DNA of 54,470 nucleotides from Bacteroidota bacterium (GCA_023433205.1 JAEZDS010000007.1:1-54470), one strand, 5' to 3'; shown: positions 37,087 through 47,801, counted from the stretch's first letter. Program-made: numbers and translations. The notes: a model not told the origin generated them from the sequence alone.

Positions 37087-38481
37087 CTATTGAGGGCCTG
37101 CTGTTACTTCAGCTGCCGGTTCAAGTTTTGAGATTGCGCCATAACCGCCTTCCACATTGGTAAGATGATGGAATCCTGCGGCTTTCATTATTGAGATGCC
37201 GATCATGCTGCGGTAACCGCCCTGACAGTGAACCAGGTAGGACCGTTGTTTGTCGAGGTCTTCCACCCAGTTTTTAATTAGGTCAAGCGGCTGGTTTTTG
37301 GCAAATTTCAGGTGCGCTTTGTCGAATTCTCCGGGCTTTCTCACATCCAGTGTGAATTCTCCTTTGTGATATCTGCTAAGAAACTCCGCTGCTGATATTG
37401 AATCCACGGTGTCAACATTTTCACCGGATCGGGTCCAGGATTCTATGCCCCCATTTAAATAGCCCCTGCAGTTATCGTAACCCACACGCGAAAGCCTTTT
37501 TACTGCCTCTTCTTCCCTTCCTTCAGGGGCAACAAGCAAAATGGGTGTTTCAAGTGATGGCAGCACAGCGCCGGCCCAGGGTGCGAATTGCCCGTCGAGA
37601 CCTACGAAAAGTGAACCGCGTATATGACCTTTGGCAAATTGTTCGGCTGTGCGAACATCAAGGATAACCGTGTCTTTTTCTGCAGCTATCATTTTAAAGG
37701 TGCTATGGTTAAGCGCAACCACGCCCTCCTCTATCACCTCTGAATAATTCTTGTAGCCTGTTTGGTTCAGTTTTGCGTTCCCCGCGAAATAGCCCGGAGG
37801 GGGCAAAATACCTGATGTGAGCTCTCTTATAAATTCCTGTTTGCTGATGTTACTCAGCGCGTAGTTTGTTTTTTTCTGATTACCAAGTGTGTCACTTGTT
37901 TCCTTGCTCATGTTTTTTCCGCAGGCCGAGCCGGCACCGTGGGCAGGGTAAATTGTCACATCATCGCGAAGCGGCATTATTTTATTTCGTAAACTATCGT
38001 AAAGCATTCCTGCCAGGTCTTCCTGGCCCAGGCCTGATTTTATTGCAAGGTCAGGACGGCCCACATCTCCTATAAATAAAGTGTCGCCACTGAAAAGGCA
38101 CAGTTCTTTGTGGTTTTTGTCAAGCAGCAGGTAGCAGGCCGACTCTGGCGTATGGCCAGGGGTGTGCAGGACCTTTATTTTCAATTCACCTATGCTGAAA
38201 AGTTCTCCGTCTTTGGCCGTATAACTGTCATAATTGGTTTTTGCTCCAGGGCCAAACACAATAGTGGCGACGGTAGCCCCTGCAAGGTCTATGTGTCCGC
38301 TCACAAAATCGGCGTGGAAATGGGTTTCGAAGACGTATTTTAGTGTATCTCCGTTTTTTTTCAGCATTTCCAGGTAAGGGGCGGTTTCGCGCAGGGGATC
38401 AATAATGGCTGCTTCGCCGTTGCTTGCAACATAGTAGGCGCCCTGTGCAAGGCAATTGGTATAAAGCTGCTGAACATTCAT
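37087..38481 (-). CDS. MBL-fold hydrolase / rhodanese fusion (persulfide dioxygenase-sulfurtransferase-like)
   Basis: THFHADFVSGH, HTPGHT, GDTLF..DVGRPDL, PAHGAGS.CG and two rhodanese domains (the last with HCQGGYRS). A TAACTTTG -7 box lies at 38502-38509. Confidence 0.9.
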   Translation of the reverse strand: MNVQQLYTNCLAQGAYYVASNGEAAIIDPLRETAPYLEMLKKNGDTLKYVFETHFHADFVSGHIDLAGATVATIVFGPGAKTNYDSYTAKDGELFSIGELKIKVLHTPGHTPESACYLLLDKNHKELCLFSGDTLFIGDVGRPDLAIKSGLGQEDLAGMLYDSLRNKIMPLRDDVTIYPAHGAGSACGKNMSKETSDTLGNQKKTNYALSNISKQEFIRELTSGILPPPGYFAGNAKLNQTGYKNYSEVIEEGVVALNHSTFKMIAAEKDTVILDVRTAEQFAKGHIRGSLFVGLDGQFAPWAGAVLPSLETPILLVAPEGREEEAVKRLSRVGYDNCRGYLNGGIESWTRSGENVDTVDSISAAEFLSRYHKGEFTLDVRKPGEFDKAHLKFAKNQPLDLIKNWVEDLDKQRSYLVHCQGGYRSMIGISIMKAAGFHHLTNVEGGYGAISKLEPAAEVTAGPQ

Positions 38482-38616
38482 GGTGCGGGATCTGAGGAGG
38501 CCAAAGTTACGTAAATAATGCTCAGACCCCTTCGGGGGACTGGCCCGGTTATTGCAAGTAAGCTCGGGTTAAGGTTGTTGTTTGGAATATCGTTAATTTT
38601 GAATCAAAACAGAAGT

Positions 38617-39033
38617 ATGGACAAACAGATTGAATCCTCAAAAGCACCAGAACCCGTTGGTTTATATCCGCATGCAAGAAGGGTTGGGAATTTTTTGTTT
38701 CTGAGCGGGGTAGGGCCCAGGGAGCGCGGTACCAGTAAAATTCCTGGTGTAGAGCTCGATGCATCGGGTCAGATCTCGGCTTATGACATAGAGGCGCAGT
38801 GCCACAGTGTTTTCCGCAACGTAAAGAACATTTTGGAGGATGCCGGCAGTTCATGGGACAGGATTGTAGATGTAACCGTTTTCCTTACCAATATGAAAGA
38901 CGACTTTGCTGTGTATAACAGGGTGTGGGCTGAGTACTTCAGTAAAAATCCCCCCTGCCGTACCACTGTAGAGATCAACAAACTGCCTACGCCAATAGCC
39001 ATTGAATTAAAAGTTTTGGCCACTGTTGATTAA
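38617..39033 (+). CDS. RidA/YjgF family deaminase (2-aminomuconate deaminase-like)
   Basis: P.PVG.YPHA, FLSG, VTVFLTNM, PP.RTTV and IELK..A. A TAATTTTG -7 box at 38594-38601 supports the ATG at 38617. Confidence 0.88.
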   Translation: MDKQIESSKAPEPVGLYPHARRVGNFLFLSGVGPRERGTSKIPGVELDASGQISAYDIEAQCHSVFRNVKNILEDAGSSWDRIVDVTVFLTNMKDDFAVYNRVWAEYFSKNPPCRTTVEINKLPTPIAIELKVLATVD

Positions 39034-39133
39034 TGCTTTACAACTTTCCGAATGGGCCGTTTAAAAACTACTAAACGCTTGTAATTTTAACATTTATCAA
39101 TATTTTTGTCTAAATTAAGGCCAAACGAGCGTT

Positions 39134-39970
39134 ATGATAATTAAAGAAAACCAGTCGATATTGATTCCGGTTGATTTTTCTAAGCAATCTTACATTGCTG
39201 TGAAACAAACCTACAACCTGGCCAGGTACACTAAGTCTAAAATTATTCTGATGCACGTATCTGAAGTTGGTTCAGAAGAACGTGCCGCCGACCTTGCAGC
39301 GCTCGCTCAAACAACCCGTGAAGAAAGTGGATTAGTGGTTGAGTCTCTTAATTTACAAGGGGATGTTTACGACATCACCAACAAAAAAGCGGAAGAGCTG
39401 GATTGTTCACTTGTTGTGCTGGCCCTTGATGAAAACGCCAAGTTCAAAACCGGTTTTTTTGGTGGCGGAAGTTCTGTTCCCAAATTCCTCCAGGCCGCCA
39501 ACTGCCCTGTAATCACACTGCGGTCAACTGAGAACCGTGATGGCCTCAAAAATATTGTAATGCCTTTTGACCTTACGCCTGAAAGCCGCGAGAAGGTGTC
39601 GTTTGCTGTGCAGCTGGCCCATTATTTTAAGGCCGACATCCGGATAGTTTCTGTTTTTAAGCCCAATGATGATGAGTACGAAAACAAGCTGCTGCCCTAT
39701 CTGCAGCAGGTAAAAAAATTCATCAAGGCCGAAGGGGTACACTGTACCAACCGTTCACTGCCCAGTACAAAACCGGCAGAGGCCATTGTTGAGTACGCGG
39801 TAAAGAACGATTGTGACCTTATCATTCAGATCAATCAGAAGGACTTCAGCATCGGCGAAAAGCTCAGCGGTGCAATGGGACATAGGATAGTGGAATTAAG
39901 CCCCATACCGGTACTTAACGTGCCGCCAATGAAACGCGAAAGTATGAGCCATTTTGGTAGCGGTATGTAA
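39134..39970 (+). CDS. Tandem-domain universal stress protein
   Basis: ILIPVDFS..S, CPVITL, NIVMPFDLT.ES and IPVLNV. Confidence 0.88.
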   Translation: MIIKENQSILIPVDFSKQSYIAVKQTYNLARYTKSKIILMHVSEVGSEERAADLAALAQTTREESGLVVESLNLQGDVYDITNKKAEELDCSLVVLALDENAKFKTGFFGGGSSVPKFLQAANCPVITLRSTENRDGLKNIVMPFDLTPESREKVSFAVQLAHYFKADIRIVSVFKPNDDEYENKLLPYLQQVKKFIKAEGVHCTNRSLPSTKPAEAIVEYAVKNDCDLIIQINQKDFSIGEKLSGAMGHRIVELSPIPVLNVPPMKRESMSHFGSGM

Positions 39971-40107
39971 TTGCCTGTAACAGGTTCTTGGTCAAACTGC
40001 ATTCCACTGTTGATGCAAAAGTGACATAAAAGAAATTCCACATTCGGTCAATTACAAATAGTTGTTTGGTGTAAAGTTAATAAAACATCTTCCGCTTAAT
40101 TACAGCT

Positions 40108-42687
40108 TCACCTCATCAGCAGCACATGCCCGCTATATTCTTTAGGCGTCCCTCTTTTTGAGGTAATAGCGGCCTTCCAGGTATAGCTGCCCTCAGGACA
40201 GGCATAACCTTTAAATGTCCCATCCCAGCCCTGCTCAACTTTTTCTGAGCTGAATAGCAGCGTGCCCCACCTGTTATAAATTTCTATACTAAAAGATCTT
40301 AGTCCGTGCACTACTGCACTAAACACATCATTTCGTCCATCATTGTTTGGGGTAAAAGTATTTGGTATATAAAACAATAGGTCTTCTGCCACCTCTACAA
40401 CTTTTGTCAATGTGTCGGCACAGCGCCATTGGTTGGTGCTTACAAGCGTTACAGGATAGTTACCGGCTGATAAAAATCTTAATAACATTGCCTCTGTCTC
40501 ACTGCTTTTTGTTTTTCCAGTTTCCGGGTCGGGCCAGTACCATTTATTGGTTTCTGTATCTGTTGTATTACTCTCAAAAAGCACTTCGTCCCTGCCTTCT
40601 ACCGGCTGAAGCGGATTAAACGAAAAGTCTGCCAGCGGCTTGGGATGCACATTTAAGATGTACTCAAAACCATTGTTGCATGTGGTGTTTGTATCAGTAA
40701 GTATAGCGTTTATGGTGTAACTGCCAGGGCTCGCGAAACAGGGTTTTAAGAGGGCACCTTCAAAGTGCTGGTTATTCGCTGTCCAGGTACTTATGATCGA
40801 TGCAGGATCAGCGCTAAATGATTCAAAGTTCAGTTCAGGGCATTGCCCTGCGCAAACTGCCTCATGAGGTTTTATTCTTCCATTGTGCAAAGGGAATACA
40901 TCAACATAGAAAGTTTGAGGTGGTGTATGGCAGCCATATTTATCTACACCCTGTACAGAATACGAGGCGTTTTTATTAACTGTAACCTGCACGTTATTAT
41001 GTTGTACCCAATCAAATGCCTGCAACGGAAACCATGTATAACTCTCTGCACCTGTTGCGCTGAGTTGAATTTTTGAATTGCTGCAAACGGTGGTGTGCGA
41101 TGGAATTGCGGAAAGTGTGGTAACAGGCAGCACGCTGAAATTTGTCACAGTGGAACCAGTACACACCCCGTTGCCTCCTATAAGTGTGGCGCTTGCTGCC
41201 CCTGTGATGCTTGGCGGAGCATGTGTCTGATAAAGTACTATAGGTTGTGAAGGCAGCAGACTAATAGAAAAGCCCGGGCTCAGTAGCAGGGTGTAGGTAT
41301 CGGCACCATTGTAACTTAAAGTTGCTTTGTCTTTTCCGTAAACTGAATACACGCAAAGGGTAGGACTGCTGATGCCCAGCTCTGGCAGGGGCACCGGCAA
41401 TATGCTGGTACTGGCAATTCCCGAACAGCCATTTTCAGGATTGGTAACAATCAACTCATACTTACCGGTGTCGTTAATTGTAACAGTTGCTGTGCCTTGC
41501 CCTGCAGTGATATCTGGCCCGCTCCACTGGTAGTTGTAATTACCGGGGTTAACTGTAGCAGTAAGTTTCATGGCAGGGCTTAAACAAAGTAATGAGCCGG
41601 GTAGTATAGAAGGCATCACCGTTGTGGTATTGCTGGTAACGGTGGTAACAAGGGTTGCGAGTCGGTAATCACAACTTCCTTCAAAAATATGGCAGGTAAA
41701 AATACCGGCGCTGTTTACGTTCATTACCGAAGGGCCTGGTACTGCACTGCCAATACCAGGACCGCTCCACTGATAACTGGCGGGGTTGAGCGTAGTGCTT
41801 GCTACAAGGTTAAGCGTGGATGGATTGCAGCCAAGTGTACCGGAGTTGATAGTTGCAGAAACGGTGGTGGTGGTGGCTACGGGGCAGGAAGCATAATCTG
41901 TTCCCGAGAAGTTTAAATTTAAGGGAGTAAGTGAAAAGCTGGAACCGGAGATGTCAGCAGAGTAGACGGTAGAACTATAATCCACATAAAGCGTGTTGCC
42001 AATGATAGTGAAAGCCTGGGCCACGGTATTCAAATAGGCTGATGAAGGAACAAAGGAGAGTACATTGCCATTCTGATCGTATTTTCTAAGCCCATCTCGG
42101 TGTAGCAGGTAAATATTGCAATTACAATCACAGACAAGTTCCTCTGCTGCAATTTCTGCTTGTGCAGTGAAGATCGGCACTGCCTGGCCGAGGGTACCAC
42201 CGGTTCCGTAGTTAGCGTAAACCACATATTGCACCGACCCTCCACCGATAGGCTTCTTGTATAAACTAAACAGTGCGCTATTGCAGCCGGCAATGCTAAA
42301 ATTGATATAGCCAGGGTTTTGTGGTATAGGTGTCCCCGTATCCACCCATGAGGTTCCGTTCCAATAGCAATAATGGATCACTGTAGGTGAAGGCCAAGAA
42401 CTGATGACCATCGAACTGTATAGAGTTGGAGATGGCTGCCCTCCATTCAAATTGGGCAACAAAGCAAGGCCACGGGCGTGGGAAAGTGTAGGTGAACTTA
42501 CAGGCATAGTTGAAAATGACGGGTTATTAACCGAAATCGGCTGATTTGGATTGAAAACCCGGACCGTCGCCGTTGGAGAGTTCCCAGAACTTACAACGTA
42601 GATCATACTGTCGGGGCAACTGAACTGCGCCTCAACATTAAAGAGTGCATTTGTAAAAATAATTAAATAGGCGGTGCTTATTTTCAT
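40108..42687 (-). CDS. Large T9SS type B (gliding-motility-associated C-terminal domain) surface protein
   Basis: Signal peptide; propeller-like N-terminus; Y.WSGP Ig-like repeats; PKD-like domain; YIPNTFTPNNDGRND...IYNRWG...WDG..KG...PEGSY...GHVLLMR. Confidence 0.9.
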   Translation of the reverse strand: MKISTAYLIIFTNALFNVEAQFSCPDSMIYVVSSGNSPTATVRVFNPNQPISVNNPSFSTMPVSSPTLSHARGLALLPNLNGGQPSPTLYSSMVISSWPSPTVIHYCYWNGTSWVDTGTPIPQNPGYINFSIAGCNSALFSLYKKPIGGGSVQYVVYANYGTGGTLGQAVPIFTAQAEIAAEELVCDCNCNIYLLHRDGLRKYDQNGNVLSFVPSSAYLNTVAQAFTIIGNTLYVDYSSTVYSADISGSSFSLTPLNLNFSGTDYASCPVATTTTVSATINSGTLGCNPSTLNLVASTTLNPASYQWSGPGIGSAVPGPSVMNVNSAGIFTCHIFEGSCDYRLATLVTTVTSNTTTVMPSILPGSLLCLSPAMKLTATVNPGNYNYQWSGPDITAGQGTATVTINDTGKYELIVTNPENGCSGIASTSILPVPLPELGISSPTLCVYSVYGKDKATLSYNGADTYTLLLSPGFSISLLPSQPIVLYQTHAPPSITGAASATLIGGNGVCTGSTVTNFSVLPVTTLSAIPSHTTVCSNSKIQLSATGAESYTWFPLQAFDWVQHNNVQVTVNKNASYSVQGVDKYGCHTPPQTFYVDVFPLHNGRIKPHEAVCAGQCPELNFESFSADPASIISTWTANNQHFEGALLKPCFASPGSYTINAILTDTNTTCNNGFEYILNVHPKPLADFSFNPLQPVEGRDEVLFESNTTDTETNKWYWPDPETGKTKSSETEAMLLRFLSAGNYPVTLVSTNQWRCADTLTKVVEVAEDLLFYIPNTFTPNNDGRNDVFSAVVHGLRSFSIEIYNRWGTLLFSSEKVEQGWDGTFKGYACPEGSYTWKAAITSKRGTPKEYSGHVLLMR

Positions 42688-42780
42688 GCAAGTAACCTCA
42701 CGATCTACGGCAAATTATATACAATAAAGTTACAAAAATTGTGCCTTATTGCTAAGACGCAGCGAACATTTTAATACGAA

Positions 42781-42804
42781 AGCAGCTCCGGTACAGGAGC
42801 TGCT
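42781..42804 (-). terminator. Hairpin after the 599-aa T9SS gene
   Basis: 9-bp stem AGCAGCTCC/GGAGCTGCT with a 6-nt loop; weak U-tract. Confidence 0.5.
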
Positions 42805-42830
42805 CTCTTAGATTTTATGAACCAGGACGC

Positions 42831-44630
42831 CTAGTGCTGAACTACGATCTTATTCACACGTTTCTCGTCGTTCAAACTGCAATTAAGACTATAAACTCCT
42901 TCTGCCAGGCCGCTCACCGGAATCGTGATGCTACATTTCCCGGCACTAATACGTTCTTGGCCGGAAAAAACACAGGTCCCGCGCGCATCATAGAGACGCA
43001 GTTGCATCTCACCGCTCTTCTTTGAAGTGAAGGTTATTGTCAACATTTCTGAAGCCGGTACGGGATAAATCCCCGCACCACTATGCCTTTCACTTTCGAT
43101 AATCCCGGTTTTAAGTCTTGCATTGCTGCCCCCGGGTACACTCGAGCCGCTGCAATCCACATGAAAAGCTGCTGTGCTGTTAAAATTGTCGTCTATTGTA
43201 AGTTCCGGATTTAGCATCGTCACATCTGGGTCTAACACAGGTGGATTCAAGGGCTGAGAGGGACCGGGGCCCTGGCTGCCTATGATGTTAATAGATTCGT
43301 TACATCCACTATAGCCATTGTAATACGCTTTTACCATATAGGTATCGGAGGTTCCGCCGCTCACATCAGTGCCGAATACCTGTATCCCGTCACCAGAGGC
43401 GGCTCCCGCGCTCGTTTTGGTGATGAAGGCCGGCCCACCACCTGCCAGGGTATATTCAAATTCGTTTTCTCCCGTACCCGCTGTGAATAAAGCTCCCGTA
43501 TGATCGAGCTTAAATACGGTCATTTGTGCCATACCTGTGCTTGTTGCACCGTAATATTCATAATCGCCAGAGGTGTTTTGCCTTTCAATGATACCAGTGA
43601 TCTCTTTATTGGTAGCAGAAGTACCAGTTATCAGTGTGTTCCAGATGATAGTGCCGGTCTGATCAACTTTTATCATCCACGAATCACCAAAACCACCAAC
43701 CGGATCGCTCACTCCACCAATCGCGAAACCAGGCCCCCCTCCCCAAGGGGAATTTGCAACAGTTAATGAAGTAAAAAACTGAGAGTTTTGGTCGCCGTAT
43801 ATCTGACATGAGCCTGGAACGTAAAAACCAGTCGCAGGATCTAGTTTCATAAAAAAACCATCAAGTCTCCTGTTCAATGAAGGATCAGGTTGATTCAGTC
43901 CCGCCACAACCAACTCAGCCGGATTAAAAGGAGATTGGAGAAGGCCATAAGGCACCAACGCTTCGTCGCATTCATATTCTAACTCCCAGTTTGTGACGAG
44001 AGTATTCAAGGAAAATCCATACATTTTTGTTTTGTTTATGTTGCTATCGTAATACGATCCCAATACTATGTAGTTTCCGGTATTCGTAACGTCTTCAATC
44101 AATAAAGGCTTACTAAGGTTCGAAGCCGACGAAGGCAATTCATAGTACTTAGTAAATGTCACCAATCCATCCACATTAAGAATCAGGAAGAAGTAGCCAC
44201 GACTGGTGTTAGCAACATTACTTACCGCACCCGCAACGGCAAAATTGGGGCCCGGAACACTAGGAGTCTGGCCTGTTTCAATTACTGAGATGCCGTGCGT
44301 GTTTTCCATTGGAACATTACTAAGCAAAACGTTATATCCATTAAAAAATGAAATGTGATAGTAAGGTGGGGTCCAACCTACTGAATACTGACCCAACTCA
44401 TCTAATTTTCTTATTTCAAAGTTGTAGTTGCCGGTGTTTGGAGTAGTTTGGTACGAGCCTATTATGTATTGATCAACAGGCATAGTGAGACCCTGGGAAG
44501 TACAGACGGCAGAGCAGACCTCATTTGGGCCGGAGGTTGTTGTTGTAGGGTACAGGTGCTGGAAGTACACTTGCGCGTTGGCGTAAAAACTACCCAACAG
44601 CATGTAGGTAAAAACACATAGTTTTTTCAT
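42831..44630 (-). CDS. T9SS type A sorting domain protein with beta-propeller-like repeats
   Basis: Signal peptide ending ANA-Q; repeats such as DGFFMKLD and DSWMIKVDQTG.IIW; C-terminal domain IYPVPA...LYDARG...GLAEGVYSL......KIVV. Confidence 0.85.
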   Translation of the reverse strand: MKKLCVFTYMLLGSFYANAQVYFQHLYPTTTTSGPNEVCSAVCTSQGLTMPVDQYIIGSYQTTPNTGNYNFEIRKLDELGQYSVGWTPPYYHISFFNGYNVLLSNVPMENTHGISVIETGQTPSVPGPNFAVAGAVSNVANTSRGYFFLILNVDGLVTFTKYYELPSSASNLSKPLLIEDVTNTGNYIVLGSYYDSNINKTKMYGFSLNTLVTNWELEYECDEALVPYGLLQSPFNPAELVVAGLNQPDPSLNRRLDGFFMKLDPATGFYVPGSCQIYGDQNSQFFTSLTVANSPWGGGPGFAIGGVSDPVGGFGDSWMIKVDQTGTIIWNTLITGTSATNKEITGIIERQNTSGDYEYYGATSTGMAQMTVFKLDHTGALFTAGTGENEFEYTLAGGGPAFITKTSAGAASGDGIQVFGTDVSGGTSDTYMVKAYYNGYSGCNESINIIGSQGPGPSQPLNPPVLDPDVTMLNPELTIDDNFNSTAAFHVDCSGSSVPGGSNARLKTGIIESERHSGAGIYPVPASEMLTITFTSKKSGEMQLRLYDARGTCVFSGQERISAGKCSITIPVSGLAEGVYSLNCSLNDEKRVNKIVVQH

Positions 44631-44814
44631 GATATTTTTATTTTAAATGAATTTGAGAACCGCTTTTTTCAGGGTGGCAGTCCAGTACATCCGCAATTGC
44701 GCTACAAACCTCTGGCTACTACAGTGAAATTCCTAGTAAATAAAATTTCCTATACGGAAAGTTTCGGCCTTTAATTTCCTATGGAGAAATTTCTCTGTTA
44801 AAATTGCACGCTGA

Positions 44815-45186
44815 TCAGTCCTCAGAATTATTGATCAACCCACGCAGCGTACTAATGATCTTATCTTTAGGCCAGGAGAGTTTAACCTCTCCTTTTTCCA
44901 ATGCATTAAATAAATCAGCGAGCGCATGAGAAAGTGGTGTAATAGAATAAGTGGGATCAAAACAGGCATCAGCAATCGCCAAAATATGTAGATGCGAAAC
45001 TCCAATCTGTTTGCCAATCATCCTGAGCTGGCTACAGGTGAAAGGCCGCAGCCCTGTGGCTTTTTTTGAGTATTCGCTTTCAGAAATGCAGAGCACATTA
45101 GCCAATAGTAATTGTTTAATGCCTCTTGCCTTTCTAAGATTTTCAACTACAATACTAAGCTTTTGATCGTATCTTGAAGGTAACAT
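44815..45186 (-). CDS. XRE/Cro-C1 helix-turn-helix protein
   Basis: LRKARGIKQ..LA..L.ISESEYSK..TG pattern. A TATTTTTG -7 box lies at 45250-45257 on the minus strand. Confidence 0.75.
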   Translation of the reverse strand: MLPSRYDQKLSIVVENLRKARGIKQLLLANVLCISESEYSKKATGLRPFTCSQLRMIGKQIGVSHLHILAIADACFDPTYSITPLSHALADLFNALEKGEVKLSWPKDKIISTLRGLINNSED

Positions 45187-46300
45187 GCGTTGAGTGTTTT
45201 ACAAGAGCAATGAGAAGAATAATTCATAATAAAGACTTTTGGTTCGATCCAAAAATAGTATTCTGAGTGATTCTGTTTGACTCAGGGGTACCTGAAGTTT
45301 AGCCTTAGGGTACCTGAAATAAATAAATGCTCAGGAAGGAGATTTCAATTTTGCGCAGGCAGCTAAAAAAGTGAAAACCGTGGTTAAGCTGCAGCGAAAA
45401 AAAATGATTGCAGGTACAAGCTTTAGTTTTCGTATCTTTAATGTGGGTTATTAAATTCGCAATTTTCTTCACTGGAATTGTCACTGCCACCCTGATTGCG
45501 CTTCTCTGCAGCGCCCCCCCTCGCCACAAGATGTTCCAGTGATGTCCCAGGTATGCCCCAGAGATGTCCCGGTATCGCCCCAGAAGTAAAGCCAGTTTCA
45601 TTCCTCGATGCTTACTGGCTTAGCAGCAGATTACCCTGGTTTCCTTTGTGCTTTATTCTGTCATAAATTGTGGCAACCGCACACCTCATCTGATCTCTGC
45701 AAATTCCGTAGTGGCTTACCAGCCTTTTGTAAAACCCAGGTAAATGTTGCAAGTGCTACAGTCACGCTTCTTTTAATGAGGGGTTCTGATCAAAAGTTCC
45801 AGTACCCCCCCACCCCTAAATCCAGTACCCTTTTTGTTGACAGCTCCATTCATTAGCAATACCTTAGTGCTGCCCAAAAAAAGAACGTTTCTTTCCCAAA
45901 TGCGGAAGCCGCCGAAAATCCAATACCAGAGTAGGCGCCATTTAACACACAATCACCATGAGTGTTTTAAAGGAAAGGGGGGTTACCGGACAAAGATGCC
46001 AGGTAAGCGGGATTTATTACTGTATACGGCACACAGCTTATGTTATACCGCTGTCAAATGGAGAAACTTTTCCTCCCTGCTCGCTGTATGGCGGTCATGC
46101 CACAACATGGATTCTCAAACAACGGGCCTGAAGACAAAAACAAAAACTAAAAAATCAAGTAGTATCGATTCAAGGAGTCGGCATTTCCATAAACCGATGG
46201 TGCAAAGCTTGTGCTGTATCGGAATTGCTTGGGCGCAAACTTACGCTTACGCCGTAGCTTCAGAGTAGGAGCACAGCGCAGGCACAACTGCACTCTCCCC

Positions 46301-46969
46301 TCAGATAATATTCACAATATTATGCTTTATCGCAAATATGGTAAGTGCATCAATGTCGCCACTTTGTATTTTCGTTACTTTCCAGATATGACTGCGGTGT
46401 CCGTCGATGGTTTTTTCGGCCTTGTTCAGCTTTTCTGCAATCCTGGCAGTAGTGTAACCAAGGCACATGTACTTTACGATCAATATTTGCATCATATTGA
46501 GTTGCAGGTCCACTCTTTGTTCCCTTATTTCATCATTTTCGCGAACCAGGTTCTGGCGAATAAGCTTATAAACCGACTCGTCAACAAATTCGCCAACGCG
46601 CTGAACAGTTTCTATCGCTTCCACAATTTTGTGGATCGGCCAGGTTTTTCCTATCACCGCCGGAAAATCTTTTTTGATGTACTGTAAGGCTAATCCTGGT
46701 TTAAAATAACCACTAAACAATATCGCTTTTACTGCAGGGAATTTTTCCTTGATCTTATGAAACGTTGCTTCTCCATCCAGTACAGGCATGTCGAGATCAA
46801 GCAGCACAATATCCACCGGCCTTTCCTTTAGTTTATTAAGAACTTCCTGCCCGTTGTCTGCAGTAAATTTTACCTCCAGATGTTTATAGCGGCCAAGCAG
46901 ATTTACCAGTCCTTCATACACTACAGGGTGGTCATCTGCGACCCCTAATGTTATCTTTTCCATGTGCAT
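46301..46969 (-). CDS. NarL/LuxR-family response regulator
   Basis: REC domain (VADDH, LLDLDMP phospho-Asp, S, K) plus a LuxR-type HTH (G.TT..IAEKL..AEKTIDGHR..I). Confidence 0.92.
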   Translation of the reverse strand: MHMEKITLGVADDHPVVYEGLVNLLGRYKHLEVKFTADNGQEVLNKLKERPVDIVLLDLDMPVLDGEATFHKIKEKFPAVKAILFSGYFKPGLALQYIKKDFPAVIGKTWPIHKIVEAIETVQRVGEFVDESVYKLIRQNLVRENDEIREQRVDLQLNMMQILIVKYMCLGYTTARIAEKLNKAEKTIDGHRSHIWKVTKIQSGDIDALTIFAIKHNIVNII

Positions 46970-46970
46970 A

Positions 46971-47801
46971 TTATTTTCCTTCTACCTCTTCATTGGTCCT
47001 GAATGGCACTTTTAACTGAATGGCTGGTTCTGCGTCCTGCTGATAGGATATGGATGCTTTAATGATACTTCCGCGGGCGTTCATTGATTTTAAACCAAGC
47101 CCTGTGCCTGCAATTAAACACTCCTGTGCCTGCATATTGCTGAATTTGCTGCCATTGTGATCAATGTTTATTTGCAGTTCATTTGCTCCCTCTGCGGCCG
47201 TAATGGTAATTTCATCGGGACGACCATGTTTAAGAAGATTATTGATTAATTCCAGACAGATCCTGTATATGTGCAGTACCTCCTGTTTTCCAAAAGTATG
47301 TTGTTTTTTCCGCCCCTCAATCACTTTGAAGGAGGCTTTGATCTTACCCGCGCAATTGAGCTGCACTATTTGATCCTCCAGCGCACTCATCAGACCTTTT
47401 TTAATTAAATAAGCAGGAACAAGGTCTGAGGCGCAATTGTTAATGGCATCACGCAATACATCAAGCTTTTCTATTTCATTTCGCAGTTTTTGGGCCTCTT
47501 CCGGCACCTTATCCTCAAGATCGAACACAATATTTTCAAGTATCTGCTTATTAACAGTGAGTTTCAGACTAATTTCGTCGTGAAGATTGTTCGCAATCCT
47601 CTCCCGCTCCTTTTCTTCTGCTTCACAGGCAGCGCTAAAACTGAGGAGTCTTTTTTCTGACTCCAGTTGTTCAATCTTTTTCCCTTTTTCGATAAGGCTC
47701 CGCCGGTACACTACTACGAACAAAATGATCCCCCAGGCCATGATAAACATCATAAGGCTGGCGAATACAATAATCAGCTCAAAGTTTGGTTCTTCAGCCA
47801 T
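46971..47801 (-). CDS. Single-TM HisKA_3 (NarX/DesK-type) histidine kinase lacking a sensor domain
   Basis: One N-terminal TM, a coiled coil, EE.ERERIA.NLHDE H-box, ELINNLLKH N-box and GTGLGL G2. Confidence 0.88.
   Translation of the reverse strand: MAEEPNFELIIVFASLMMFIMAWGIILFVVVYRRSLIEKGKKIEQLESEKRLLSFSAACEAEEKERERIANNLHDEISLKLTVNKQILENIVFDLEDKVPEEAQKLRNEIEKLDVLRDAINNCASDLVPAYLIKKGLMSALEDQIVQLNCAGKIKASFKVIEGRKKQHTFGKQEVLHIYRICLELINNLLKHGRPDEITITAAEGANELQINIDHNGSKFSNMQAQECLIAGTGLGLKSMNARGSIIKASISYQQDAEPAIQLKVPFRTNEEVEGK

Noticed and set aside
45305..46268. ORFs 45305-45601, 45608-45856 and 45834-46268 in the large gap
   Set aside because: No recognisable domains, atypical composition, and overlap with repeat or regulatory motifs; not supportable as genes.
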